From contig JBEKCB010000001.1 in assembly GCA_050015075.1 (NCBI GenBank), positions 160,001 to 224,000 on the forward strand: a stretch of 64,000 bases of DNA. Direction: 5' to 3'. Shown piece after piece: positions 1 through 8,734 of this stretch. The DNA comes from Candidatus Brocadiia bacterium. Its GTDB lineage: Bacteria; Planctomycetota; Brocadiia; CAIUPP01. Both the position numbers and the translations under genes were made by a program. Each line of letters starts with the position of its first letter. Within the stretch, counting starts at the first letter, position 1. Below the pieces are notes generated by a model. It saw nothing but the letters and a program-made list of their open reading frames with translations. It did no database searches and was not told the DNA's origin.

Positions 1-39
1 GCCGCGAGCGTTTCAACCGCAGCCGCAGCGCCGGCACGT

Positions 40-68
40 TTGAAGATTGAACGTCGAACGGCTATGAT
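40..68 (+). promoter_or_regulatory. Putative sigma70 promoter of prfB
   Basis: TTGAAG (40-45), 17-nt spacer, TATGAT (63-68), upstream of the ATG at 110. Confidence 0.55.
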
Positions 69-109
69 AGGGTTTTAGCCGTGCCTCGCGGCGCGCAGGG
101 AGACCACCC

Positions 110-1214
110 ATGGCGACGGGCGTTCCGGCGGCGTTGCAGACCCTCTCCGAGCGAGTCGAGACGCTCCGGAGGTCTCTTTGACTTGCCGGCGAAGGCCGCG
201 CTGCGCGACAAGCTCGAAGCGCGCATGGCCGAGGCCGATTTCTGGACGAACCGAGAAGCCGCCCAGGCGACCGTCTCGGAGCTGAAGGCGCTCAAGGCGG
301 TCATTGAGCCGCTCGACGAGATCGCCACCCGCCTGGAAGACCTCGAAGTCCTCGCCGAGATCGTCGAGGAGGACCCGTCCGCCGAGCCGGAACTGGTCAT
401 CCAACTTGCCGAGACGGAGAAACTCGTCGCCGCGTTCGAGTTCCAGCGGATGCTCAGCGGCCCCGACGATTCCTTGAACGCCTACCTCGACGTGCACGCC
501 GGCGCCGGCGGAACCGAGTCGTGCGACTGGACCGAGATGCTCCTGAGGATGTACCTGCGCTGGGCCGACCGCCGTGGATTCAAGACGGAGACCATTGACG
601 TGATCGCCGGCGAGGAGGCCGGCCTCCGCCGTGCCACGCTCCACGTCATCGGCCGCTGGGCCTACGGCTACCTCAAGGCGGAAATCGGCGTCCACCGCCT
701 GGTCCGCATCTCGCCCTTCGACGCCAACAAGCGCCGCCATACCTCTTTCGCCGCCGTGGACGTCACGCCCGAACTGCCCGAGGAGGCGGAAATCGCGATC
801 AAGGAAGACGATCTCAAGGTGGATACGTTCCGCTCCGGCGGCGCGGGCGGGCAGCACGTCAACAAGACGGAGTCCGCCATCCGCATCACGCACATTCCCA
901 GCGGCATCATCGTCCAGTGTCAGACCGACCGCTCGCAGCACAAGAACCGGCGGATCGCGATGAAGATGCTCATGGCCAAGCTTCACGCGGTGCAGGAATC
1001 GAAGCGGCAGGCGGACATTTCCGCGGCGTACGACGCCAAAGGCGAGGTCTCGTTCGGATACCAGATCCGGTCGTATGTCCTTCAGCCGTACCAGATTGTG
1101 AAGGATCTGCGCACCGATGTCGAGACCGGGAACGTCGAGGCCGTGCTCGACGGCGAGATTGACCAGTTCATCGAGCCGTACCTGAAGCAGCTCGCAGCAA
1201 AGAAACCAGGGTAG
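110..1214 (+). CDS. prfB: Peptide chain release factor 2, programmed +1 frameshift at CTT-TGA-C
   Basis: ATG110 opens MATGVPAALQTLSERVETLRRSL, which stops at TGA 179-181. GGAGG (168-172) lies 3 nt before CTT TGA C. The +1 frame carries the SPF and GGQ motifs (RISPFD, GAGGQHVNKTES). Confidence 0.97.
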
Positions 1215-1223
1215 GCGGTTTTC

Positions 1224-1318
1224 TTCACCACCAAGGCGCCAAGACGCCAAGTACGACGGAACTGAGAACTCTGAAACCTCTCTTCACCGTTCTTGGTGGC
1301 TTGGTGCCTTGGTGGTAA
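1224..1318. repeat. Intergenic inverted repeat with 8-nt periodic arms (CCAAGRCG / CTTGGTGS)
   Basis: Left arm caccaccaaggcgccaagacgccaag, right arm cttggtggcttggtgccttggtggt, about 40-nt loop, just after the prfB stop. Confidence 0.85.
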
Positions 1319-1339
1319 AACTTCGGGGTAGACGTCCGG

Positions 1340-2344
1340 ATGGAGACGAAGAACATATCGCTGCTCGGCGACGGCGGCTGGGGGACGGCGCTCGCGTGCC
1401 TGCTGGCCGGGAACGGCCACCGCGCGACCCTCTGGGGATTCTTCCCCGAGATCATCGCCGAGACGCGCCGCCTCCGCGAGAACCGGAACTTCCTGCCGGG
1501 CGTCCGCATCCCCGAAACCGTTCAAGTGACCGCCGATCTCTCCGAGGCGCTCCTCGGCGCGGACCTCGTCGTCTTCAGCACGCCGGTGCTCCATCTGCGC
1601 TCGGTCGCGGAGTCGGCCGCGCCGATCCTGAAGAAGGCGCCGCCGCGCCGCGTGATGACGGTGGCCAAGGGGATCGAACGCGACACGCTCCTCCGCGGCA
1701 GCGAGATCCTCCGGCAGGTCCTCGGAGTCGCCGACGTGGGCCTGCTCCTCGGCCCGAGTCACGCCGAGGAGGTCGCGCGGCGACTGCCCTGCTCGGTGGT
1801 CGCGGCCGCGGCGGACGAGACGTTCGCGCGCGAAATCCAGCGCGCGTTCATGAACGAGCGCTTCCGCGTCTATACGAGCACCGACACGACCGGCGTCGAG
1901 ATCGGTGCGGCCGTCAAGAACGTCATCGCCATCGCCGCCGGCCTCTGCGACGGGCTCGGCTTCGGCGACAACGCCAAGGCCGCCCTGCTCACCCGCGGGC
2001 TGGCGGAGATCACGCGCCTGGGCACAGCCATGGGCGCGCGGCGCGAGACGTTCTTCGGCCTGAGCGGGCTGGGCGACCTGATCACGACCTGCATCAGCCC
2101 TTACGGTCGCAACCTGAAGGTAGGACAGAAGATAGGCAAAGGGAAGAATCTCGAGGACGTCCTTGCCGAGATCGCGCCGATGGTGCCCGAAGGCGTGTGG
2201 ACCACGCGGGCGGTCTGCGCGCTGGCGGAGCGGCACCGCGTCGAGATGCCCATCGCGCAGGCGGTCCGCAGCGTGCTGTTCGAGAACAAACCCGCGCTGC
2301 TCGCGGCGCAGGCGCTCATGACCCGCGAGCCGAAGGCGGAATAA
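1340..2344 (+). CDS. gpsA: NAD(P)H-dependent glycerol-3-phosphate dehydrogenase
   Basis: GDGGWGTALA Rossmann motif, GPSHAEEV, KNVIAIAAG, GLGDLITTC. Confidence 0.96.
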   Translation: METKNISLLGDGGWGTALACLLAGNGHRATLWGFFPEIIAETRRLRENRNFLPGVRIPETVQVTADLSEALLGADLVVFSTPVLHLRSVAESAAPILKKAPPRRVMTVAKGIERDTLLRGSEILRQVLGVADVGLLLGPSHAEEVARRLPCSVVAAAADETFAREIQRAFMNERFRVYTSTDTTGVEIGAAVKNVIAIAAGLCDGLGFGDNAKAALLTRGLAEITRLGTAMGARRETFFGLSGLGDLITTCISPYGRNLKVGQKIGKGKNLEDVLAEIAPMVPEGVWTTRAVCALAERHRVEMPIAQAVRSVLFENKPALLAAQALMTREPKAE

Positions 2345-2345
2345 C

Positions 2346-2437
2346 GAAATGACAAAGTTCCAAGTTCCAATTCCCAATTTCCAAACGCGGGCCGTCCTGC
2401 GCAGATTGGACATTAGAAATTGGGATTTGGAAATTTC
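2346..2437. repeat. Intergenic inverted repeat with 7-nt periodic arms
   Basis: agttcca-agttcca-attccca-atttcca ... attggac-attagaa-attggga-tttggaa, AT-rich, starts directly after the gpsA TAA. Confidence 0.85.
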
Positions 2438-2454
2438 GGAGAAAGCTGAACAGA

Positions 2455-3834
2455 ATGCCCGAGCCGCTGATCCAGACCCACGATGACGCGATGCGCTTTC
2501 TTCTCGAATTCGTGGATTACGAGAAGGTGACGAAGTTCAAGTACGACCTGCGCACGTTCAACCTCGGGCGCGTCGAGGAGTTGATGGCGGCGGTCGGGAA
2601 CCCGCAGCGCGCGTTCCGCTCGATCCATATCGCCGGGACGAAGGGCAAGGGCTCGACGGCGGCGATGGCGCAGTCCATCCTCACCGCGGCCGGCTTCCGC
2701 ACCGGGCTGTACACCTCGCCGCACCTTTCCCGGATCGAGGAGCGGATGACCGTGGACGGCGAGATGATGCCGGAGGAGGAGTTCGTTCAGATTGTGAACG
2801 AGCTGGCGCCGTACACCCTGCGGCAGCGCGAGGAGCGCCCGAACGAGTCGCCGACCTTCTTCGAGCTGGTCACCGCCGCGGGCTTCCGCCATTTCGCCCG
2901 CCGCAAGGCGGAGTTGGCGGTGGTGGAGGTCGGCATGGGCGGCCGGCTCGACGCGACGAACGTCATCCGGCCGGAGGTCAGCGTGATCACGCGCGTGGAC
3001 TACGACCACGAGGAGCGCCTGGGCCACACGCTCGACCGGATCGCGTTCGAGAAGGCGGGCATCATCAAGCCGGGCGTGCCGGTCGTCTGCGCGCCGCAGG
3101 AGCCGGAGGCGCTGGCGGTCGTGGCGGAAACCGCCGAGCGGCGCGGCTCGCCCTGGGTGCGGATCGGGTCGGATTACCGGGTCGAGAACGTGCGGACCGG
3201 GCTCGACGCGCAGAAGGCGCCGTTCTGCCGGTTCGACCTGTCCGGGCGCGGCGGCGCGCACCGCGGCCTGGAGCTCCACATGCTCGGCGAGCACCAGGCG
3301 ACGAACGCGGCGTGCGCGGTGGCGGCGGTGGACCTCCTCGCGGAACGATGCGGGCTGAAGGTCGGCCCGGAGGCGGTGCGGCGCGGGCTGGATTCGGCGC
3401 GCAGCCCGGCGCGGCTGGAGGTCTTCGCCGGGGAACCGCTGGTGCTCCTCGACGGGGCGCATAACCCGATCTCGATGCGGGCGCTGTGCGCCGCGCTCGA
3501 CGGCGCCTTCGCGGGCGCGCGGCTGGTGCTGCTGATGGGCGTCTCGCGCGACAAGAACGTGGAGGAGATTTTCAAGCTCATCCTGCCGCGGGCGGCGGCG
3601 GTGATCTTCACGCGGTCGGACAGCCCGCGCGCGGCGGCGCCGCTGGCGCTGGCGGAACTGGCGCGCGACCTCTGCGGCGTCCGCGCCGAAATCTGCGAAG
3701 ACGCGCACCAGGCGCTCGACCGCGCCCGGGCGCTGGCGCGGCCGGACGACCTGCTCTGCATCACCGGATCGTTCTTCCTGGCGGGCATGCTCAGGCCCGC
3801 GCTGCTGGCCGGCGACGGGCCGGCGCGAGGCTGA
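2455..3834 (+). CDS. folC: Bifunctional folylpolyglutamate synthase/dihydrofolate synthase
   Basis: HIAGTKGKGST, GLYTSPHL, EVGMGGRLDATN, LDGAHN. Confidence 0.96.
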   Translation: MPEPLIQTHDDAMRFLLEFVDYEKVTKFKYDLRTFNLGRVEELMAAVGNPQRAFRSIHIAGTKGKGSTAAMAQSILTAAGFRTGLYTSPHLSRIEERMTVDGEMMPEEEFVQIVNELAPYTLRQREERPNESPTFFELVTAAGFRHFARRKAELAVVEVGMGGRLDATNVIRPEVSVITRVDYDHEERLGHTLDRIAFEKAGIIKPGVPVVCAPQEPEALAVVAETAERRGSPWVRIGSDYRVENVRTGLDAQKAPFCRFDLSGRGGAHRGLELHMLGEHQATNAACAVAAVDLLAERCGLKVGPEAVRRGLDSARSPARLEVFAGEPLVLLDGAHNPISMRALCAALDGAFAGARLVLLMGVSRDKNVEEIFKLILPRAAAVIFTRSDSPRAAAPLALAELARDLCGVRAEICEDAHQALDRARALARPDDLLCITGSFFLAGMLRPALLAGDGPARG

Positions 3835-3840
3835 CCGGCG

Positions 3841-4170
3841 ATGAAGACGATTCTCCTGCTCACCATCTCGAACATGTTCATGACGGTCGCCTGGTACGGT
3901 CACCTGCGGTTCAGGGAAAAGCCGCTTTTCGTGGTGATCGTCGTGAGCTGGCTGATCGCGTTCTTCGAGTACTGCTTCCAGGTCCCGGCGAACCGGATCG
4001 GCTCGTACCAGTTCGCCACGGCCCAGTTGAAGACCATCCAGGAGGTCATCACGCTGGTGGTGTTCTGCGTCTTCTCCGTGGTCTATCTCAAAGAGCCGCT
4101 GCGCTGGAATTACGTGGTCGGGTTCGCGTTCCTGCTGGGGGCGGTGTTCTTCGTATTCAAGAAGTGGTAG
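3841..4170 (+). CDS. DMT family small membrane protein (DUF486-like)
   Basis: SNMFMTVAWYGHL, FEYCFQVPANRIG, QLKTIQEVITL; hydrophobic. Confidence 0.88.
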   Translation: MKTILLLTISNMFMTVAWYGHLRFREKPLFVVIVVSWLIAFFEYCFQVPANRIGSYQFATAQLKTIQEVITLVVFCVFSVVYLKEPLRWNYVVGFAFLLGAVFFVFKKW

Positions 4171-4192
4171 CGGGCGGATTTCGCGGGCGGCG

Positions 4193-4222
4193 CTTGCAAT
4201 CGCGGGCGCGGAGTGCTAATTA
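4193..4222 (+). promoter_or_regulatory. Putative promoter overlapping a degenerate CIRCE-like inverted repeat
   Basis: TTGCAA-17 nt-TAATTA with an upstream TG; CTTGCAATC-N9-GAGTGCTAA matches the CIRCE consensus at 15/18 positions. Confidence 0.4.
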
Positions 4223-4261
4223 ACCGTTCGGGGGCGGCGTCGGTTCCATTAAGAGAAGGGC

Positions 4262-4876
4262 ATGGAGATGCGCAAGACCGCGGCGATGGCGGCGTGCGGA
4301 TTGCTGGTCGCGTGCCTGGCCGGATGCAGGAGTTCGGCCCCGGCCGTTGCGGCGGAGCCGATGGCGGTGACCACGAGCCCGGACGAGCCCAAGTGGGTTT
4401 CGGAGGGCGCGGGCGCATTCCCTGAAGACGCCGGCAGGGCGTTTTACGGCGTCGGCATCGCCGGGGCCAACCGCTTCCCGGCGGATTCGTTCATGTTGCG
4501 CAAGACCGCCGCGCAACACGGGCGCCTGGAAGTCGCCGGACAGCTCCGGACCATGGTCGCGTCGGTGTTCATGGACTATGCCGCGGCCTGCTTCATTCCG
4601 GGGATGAAGCAGGACGAAATGGACAGCATGAGCGAGAACGTGCAGGAGTCCGTCTCGGAGGCGGTGCTCCTGGGCGCGGAGCCGACCGCCTCGTGGAAGG
4701 ACCCGCAGACCGGCGCGATGTACGTGCTCATCAAGCTCAGCATGGACGACGTAGCCAAGCAGATCCGTGAAAACATCATCGCGGCCGAGGACGGCGAGCT
4801 CAACATGGATGCCACCGCGGCACACCAGGCGCTGGACGGCATCATCGAGAAGAACCGCCAGCGGCCGGTCAAATAA
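4262..4876 (+). CDS. Lipoprotein, LPP20-like
   Basis: Lipobox LAGC; PKWV...AFYGVG...A pattern typical of LPP20-type lipoproteins. Confidence 0.7.
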   Translation: MEMRKTAAMAACGLLVACLAGCRSSAPAVAAEPMAVTTSPDEPKWVSEGAGAFPEDAGRAFYGVGIAGANRFPADSFMLRKTAAQHGRLEVAGQLRTMVASVFMDYAAACFIPGMKQDEMDSMSENVQESVSEAVLLGAEPTASWKDPQTGAMYVLIKLSMDDVAKQIRENIIAAEDGELNMDATAAHQALDGIIEKNRQRPVK

Positions 4877-5027
4877 TTGCCGAAGGCCGATTGCTGATTG
4901 CCGAATGATGTGGAAGGAAGAATGACGATTGATGGGCGATCAGGGCGTTTTCAGCCCGATTCGCCCACCCTTCTTCATTCACTCCTTCAACATCATTCGG
5001 CAATCGGCGTTCGGCCTTCGGCATTAT
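4875..5027. repeat. Long hairpin (about 65-bp arms, 7-nt units such as TTGCCGA); empty twin of the 8019-8524 cassette
   Basis: Arms 4876-4939 and 4961-5025 are near reverse complements; 4896-4928 matches 8038-8070 at 31/33 nt; the right arm overlaps the pilT 3' end. Confidence 0.9.
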
Positions 5028-6099
5028 CTTTTTGTGTCTGGTGGCGCTGGGCGAACATCTTCGGGTCGGTGCAGTAGGTCAGCGCGGTGTCGTAGCTGAT
5101 CTCGCCCTGCTCGTAGAGCGCCATCAGGCAGGAATCCATGGACTGCATTCCCTCGCGCACGCCGAACTGCATGACGTTGACGAGCTGGTGGAACTCGTGG
5201 TCGCGGATGTGGGTGCGGGCGGCGGTGTTGATGATGAGCACCTCGCAGGCGAGGATGCGGCGGGTCTTGTCGGCCGAGGGGACCAGCCGCTGGGCGACGA
5301 TCCCGTGCAGGCAGTTGGCCAGTTGCGAGATGACCTGCGCCTGCTGCGTGGCGGGGAAGACGGACATGATGCGCTCCATCGTCTGGAGCGAGTTGGGCGT
5401 GTGCAGCGTGGCGATGACCAGGTGGCCGGTCTCGGCGGCGGTGAGCGCGGTGGCGGTCGTCTCGTAGTCGCGCATCTCGCCCACGCAGATCACGTCCGGG
5501 TTCTGGCGCAGCACGTGGATCAGCGCGGAGGAGAACGACTTCACGTCGGTGTAGAGTTCCTGCTGGATGATGATCGCCTTCTTGCGCTCGTGGACGTACT
5601 CGATCGGGTCCTCGATGGTGATGATCTTGCAGCGGCGCTCGCTGTTGATCAGGTCAATCATGTAGTTAAGCGTGGTGGTCTTGCCGGAGCCGGTCGGGCC
5701 GGTGACCAGGACCAGCCCGCTGGGGAAGCGGGTGAACCGGTCCACCGCCTCGGGCAGGGCGAGCTGCGCGCGCGATTTGATCTCCTTGTTGCACATGCGG
5801 ATGGCCAGTTCCGGGTTGCCGCCGTGGTAATAGACCGAGACGCGCATGCGGCCGTAGTCCTCGGAAAAGACCGAGCAGCAGAGTTGCCACTCGCGCTCGA
5901 AGGTCTTGATCTGCTCCTCGTTCAGCAGGCCGTAGACGAGGCGCTTGGTGTCCTCGCGCGAGAGCGGCGGCGCGCTGGCGAGGATGATCTCGCCGTTGAT
6001 GCGGAAGGTCGGCGGCAGCCCGGCGACGATGTGAATGTCCGAGGCCTCCGTCTTGCGCGCGAGCCGGAAAACGCGGGCCATATCCTCGGAGATCGGCAT
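4993..6099 (-). CDS. pilT: PilT/PilU family type IV pilus retraction-type ATPase
   Basis: Walker A GPTGSGKTTT, TIEDPIEY, LRQNPDVICVGEMRD, His box AAETGHLVIATLH. Confidence 0.92.
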   Translation of the reverse strand: MPISEDMARVFRLARKTEASDIHIVAGLPPTFRINGEIILASAPPLSREDTKRLVYGLLNEEQIKTFEREWQLCCSVFSEDYGRMRVSVYYHGGNPELAIRMCNKEIKSRAQLALPEAVDRFTRFPSGLVLVTGPTGSGKTTTLNYMIDLINSERRCKIITIEDPIEYVHERKKAIIIQQELYTDVKSFSSALIHVLRQNPDVICVGEMRDYETTATALTAAETGHLVIATLHTPNSLQTMERIMSVFPATQQAQVISQLANCLHGIVAQRLVPSADKTRRILACEVLIINTAARTHIRDHEFHQLVNVMQFGVREGMQSMDSCLMALYEQGEISYDTALTYCTDPKMFAQRHQTQKDNAEGRTPIAE

Positions 6100-6100
6100 G

Positions 6101-6880
6101 CTATTCCCTCTTGGGCTTTCGCAGGAAGTTCTGGACGCGCGAGAGCAGGCCGCGGTTCTGGAAACGGTTCAGGGCCTCGCGCGCCGGCGGCCAGTTCGGC
6201 CGCAGCGTCAGGCATTGCGAGAGCGTCATCGCCGTCTCGGGGAATCCGAGCGCCGCCTGGCAGCGGCCGAGCTCGAGCCACGCGAGCGCGGACCCGGGCA
6301 GCAAGCCCGCCGCCTTGCGCAGGTATCCGAGCGCCGTCGCGCAGTGGCCCGCGCGCAGCAGCGTGCGGCCGGCTTCCAGCTCCACTCGGGGTGACGCGTT
6401 CCCGGCGGCCACGGCGTTGCTCACGCAGTGCGCCGCCGTCGCGCTCCGGCGTTCGAGCAGCACCTCCGCGCGCGCGAGCCAGACGTACGACGAGCAGCCC
6501 TTCTGCGAGAGCGCGTTGTCCGTGTACGCCATCGCCTTCTCCAGGTGGCCGGTGCGGCTCGAGGCGACCGCCTTCGCGGCCAGCAGGTCCGGGTGCTCCG
6601 GGTAGTACTCGAGCGCCTTGTCTGCCCAGAGGAGCGCCTCCTCGTATTCGGCCAGCTCGATCAGCATCCGCACCTGGCCGAACCAGCCCTCGTACTCGGC
6701 CGGGTTGTGCTCGAGCGCCCGCGAATAGTTCCGCAGCGCCAGCTCGAAATCGCCGGCCAGGTACAGCTTCTCCGCCTGCTCCAGGAAGTATCCCGCGCTG
6801 CGGATCGGCGTGCCGTCCGCGCCGGCCTTGACCGGGCGGGATTTCGCGTCGCCGAACTCCAGGTTCCCGAAACGGCTCAT
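6101..6880 (-). CDS. Tetratricopeptide repeat protein
   Basis: Repeated A..Y..AL...P helical units; the start MSRFGNLEF overlaps the upstream stop (ATGA). Confidence 0.85.
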   Translation of the reverse strand: MSRFGNLEFGDAKSRPVKAGADGTPIRSAGYFLEQAEKLYLAGDFELALRNYSRALEHNPAEYEGWFGQVRMLIELAEYEEALLWADKALEYYPEHPDLLAAKAVASSRTGHLEKAMAYTDNALSQKGCSSYVWLARAEVLLERRSATAAHCVSNAVAAGNASPRVELEAGRTLLRAGHCATALGYLRKAAGLLPGSALAWLELGRCQAALGFPETAMTLSQCLTLRPNWPPAREALNRFQNRGLLSRVQNFLRKPKRE

Positions 6881-8013
6881 TCGAACTCTTTCAAAAAACC
6901 ACGCTTCCAGAACGGGGACCAGCGCATCACGCCGCGCGCCAGCACGTCCTCGCGGCGGTAAACGCAGTTGCCGGCGGCCACTTCGGGGGTAACTTGGACC
7001 CCGTGCACCTGCGCGCGCCACTCCATAGTAACAAAATATTCGTCTTTTCCAAGTCCCAGCGAGGCGGACTGGCCTCGCAACGAGGCCGAGAGCGGGAATT
7101 GCCGGACGTCGAGCGCGCTGCCGTTGACGATGAAACCCGCCTGCGTCACCCCCACGCGATCGCCCGGCAGCGCGATGAGCTGACCGACCATCTCGCCCGC
7201 GTAGCTGCCGGGCATCCCTGTTCCGCCGTCCGCGGCGAGCAATTCGCGGACGTGGACCAGGACCAGGTCGCCTCGCTTGAGCGTCAGCGGCTCCAGGTCC
7301 GCCGGCAGGAAATGACAGAGGATGACATCGCCCCTCGCGACCCGGTCCTCCGGGACCGTGACGCCCGCGACGCCGACGGTGAAGCCGACCACGCGCTGGA
7401 CCTGACCGTATGCCGCGTAAAGCAGGATGACGAGGAAACCGATGCCGCAGAGCCGCCAGCCCACCTTCTCGAGCGCGGTCATCTGATCCTTGAACCGCTT
7501 CGTGGCGACCACGGCGTCCATCGCGATCCACGCATGGAGCACGAAGGCGCAGGCCATCGAGGCCGCGCCGAGGCTCTGCCCGAAGAACAGGATGCCCATC
7601 ACGAGCGAGACGAGCCAGGAGATGACGTAGCTGGAGATCGCGCCGAACTGGTGCCGAAGCGCGTGCGCCAGGCCCGGCACGATCGAGAGCGCCAGCGCGA
7701 CGGCCGCATCATGGAGCGCAAGCCAAAGCTCACGCCAGCGCGGCTCGTTCGCCGCACGCGACGGGCCCGGCAAGCCGAGGCGTCCGAAGGCGGAGGCGGT
7801 GCGATCGCCAGAGCGCCGGGCGAGTCCTTCGGCCGCGCGGAGCGCGCTGTAACGGCGCATCCGGCGCGCGACCTGCCGGAACGGCTTCTTCCAGGCCGGC
7901 GCCCGCGGCGGGTGCACTTCCACCGCGCCGGCCTTCGCTTCCAGCAGCGACCCGCAGCGGAAGCAAGCGGCCTGGCCGGGCATGTTCTCAAATTGGCAGC
8001 GAGGACACTGCAC
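6877..8013 (-). CDS. Zinc-ribbon + multi-TM + signal peptidase I (S26)-like domain protein, catalytic residues apparently absent
   Basis: CPRC...CFRC N-terminus; 3-4 hydrophobic segments; S26-like boxes RGDVIL, KRGDLVLV, LIALPGDRV...FIVNG, DEYFV; no GSMxPT serine, and KR replaced by GQ. Confidence 0.7.
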   Translation of the reverse strand: MQCPRCQFENMPGQAACFRCGSLLEAKAGAVEVHPPRAPAWKKPFRQVARRMRRYSALRAAEGLARRSGDRTASAFGRLGLPGPSRAANEPRWRELWLALHDAAVALALSIVPGLAHALRHQFGAISSYVISWLVSLVMGILFFGQSLGAASMACAFVLHAWIAMDAVVATKRFKDQMTALEKVGWRLCGIGFLVILLYAAYGQVQRVVGFTVGVAGVTVPEDRVARGDVILCHFLPADLEPLTLKRGDLVLVHVRELLAADGGTGMPGSYAGEMVGQLIALPGDRVGVTQAGFIVNGSALDVRQFPLSASLRGQSASLGLGKDEYFVTMEWRAQVHGVQVTPEVAAGNCVYRREDVLARGVMRWSPFWKRGFLKEFE

Positions 8014-8018
8014 CTTTG

Positions 8019-8524
8019 TTTCCGAATGGCGAATGCCGATTGCCGAGTGATGAGGAAGGAAGAATGACGAATGGTCCTATGCCTTGGGGGCTTTCAGCCT
8101 GTTCTCCGCGGTTTTTCGGGATTGCACCATGATCGCGACGATCTCTTCGGCCTCTTGCCACAAGGGAGCGACCCGTTCGCGCCGCAGGAGCCGGCCTTCC
8201 ATGATGAGCTCCAGCCAGAAGGCGGACTCATCGGCCTCTTCGATCACCGTGCCGAGTTTGGCGATGAACTCGCTCTTGGACCGCGCGCGACAGGCCGCGC
8301 GGTAATTCGCGCCGACGGACGTCCCCGCGTCCGCCAACTGCTGGCTGACCACGCGGCCTTTCACCGTAAGCGGAATGGCATCAACGAGATTCAGTATGCG
8401 AAGAGCAAATTGCTTGGTTCGCTCCTTCAAGTCGCGTTTGTCCAAGGAAACCTCCTTCTCCTGCCGACCATTCGTCCTTCAACCATTCCACAGAATTCGG
8501 CATTCGCCATTCGGCAATCGGAAA
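8019..8524. mobile_element. Hairpin cassette: about 58-bp inverted arms of 7-nt units enclosing a four-helix-bundle gene
   Basis: Arms 8019-8076 and 8466-8524 are about 80% reverse-complementary by eye, with a perfect inner gacgaatggtc/gaccattcgtc pair and outer tttccga/tcggaaa pair; mobility is inferred, not shown. Confidence 0.55.
8077..8445 (-). CDS. Four helix bundle protein (TIGR02436 / 23S rRNA IVP / bAvd-like family)
   Basis: DLKERTKQFALRI...QLADAGTSVGANYRAACRARSKSEFIAKLGTVIEEADESAFWLEL; TTG start with AAGGAGG RBS. Confidence 0.93.
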   Translation of the reverse strand: MDKRDLKERTKQFALRILNLVDAIPLTVKGRVVSQQLADAGTSVGANYRAACRARSKSEFIAKLGTVIEEADESAFWLELIMEGRLLRRERVAPLWQEAEEIVAIMVQSRKTAENRLKAPKA

Positions 8525-8731
8525 TTATTTACCCTGCTTCTGCTCCACCCGTATCGCCGCCTTCTCCTCCGGCTCGTAGTATTCGCTCGTGAGCTGCTGC
8601 GACTTGACCTTGCCGACGACTTCGGCCAGGAAGGCGCCGAGCTTCGTGCAGGCCTTGCCTTTGTAGCCCTTGATGTGGACCTTCACTTCGCCGCTCTTGC
8701 TGATGCTGATCTCGACATCGCGTTGCGGCAT
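8525..8731 (-). CDS. DUF2997-like small protein
   Basis: VEISISKSGEVKVHIKGYKGKAC...LTSEYY pattern; follows a DUF1257-like gene. Confidence 0.8.
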   Translation of the reverse strand: MPQRDVEISISKSGEVKVHIKGYKGKACTKLGAFLAEVVGKVKSQQLTSEYYEPEEKAAIRVEQKQGK

Positions 8732-8734
8732 GGC

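Noticed and set aside
81-180. N-terminal part of the ORF-track RF2 (MPRGAQGDHPW...)
   Set aside because: An artefact of the programmed frameshift; the real N-terminus is in the other frame from ATG110
8077-8445. Diversity-generating retroelement (Avd-like gene) or 23S rRNA intervening sequence
   Set aside because: No reverse transcriptase, no TR/VR pair with adenine-specific mismatches, and no rRNA sequence in the window
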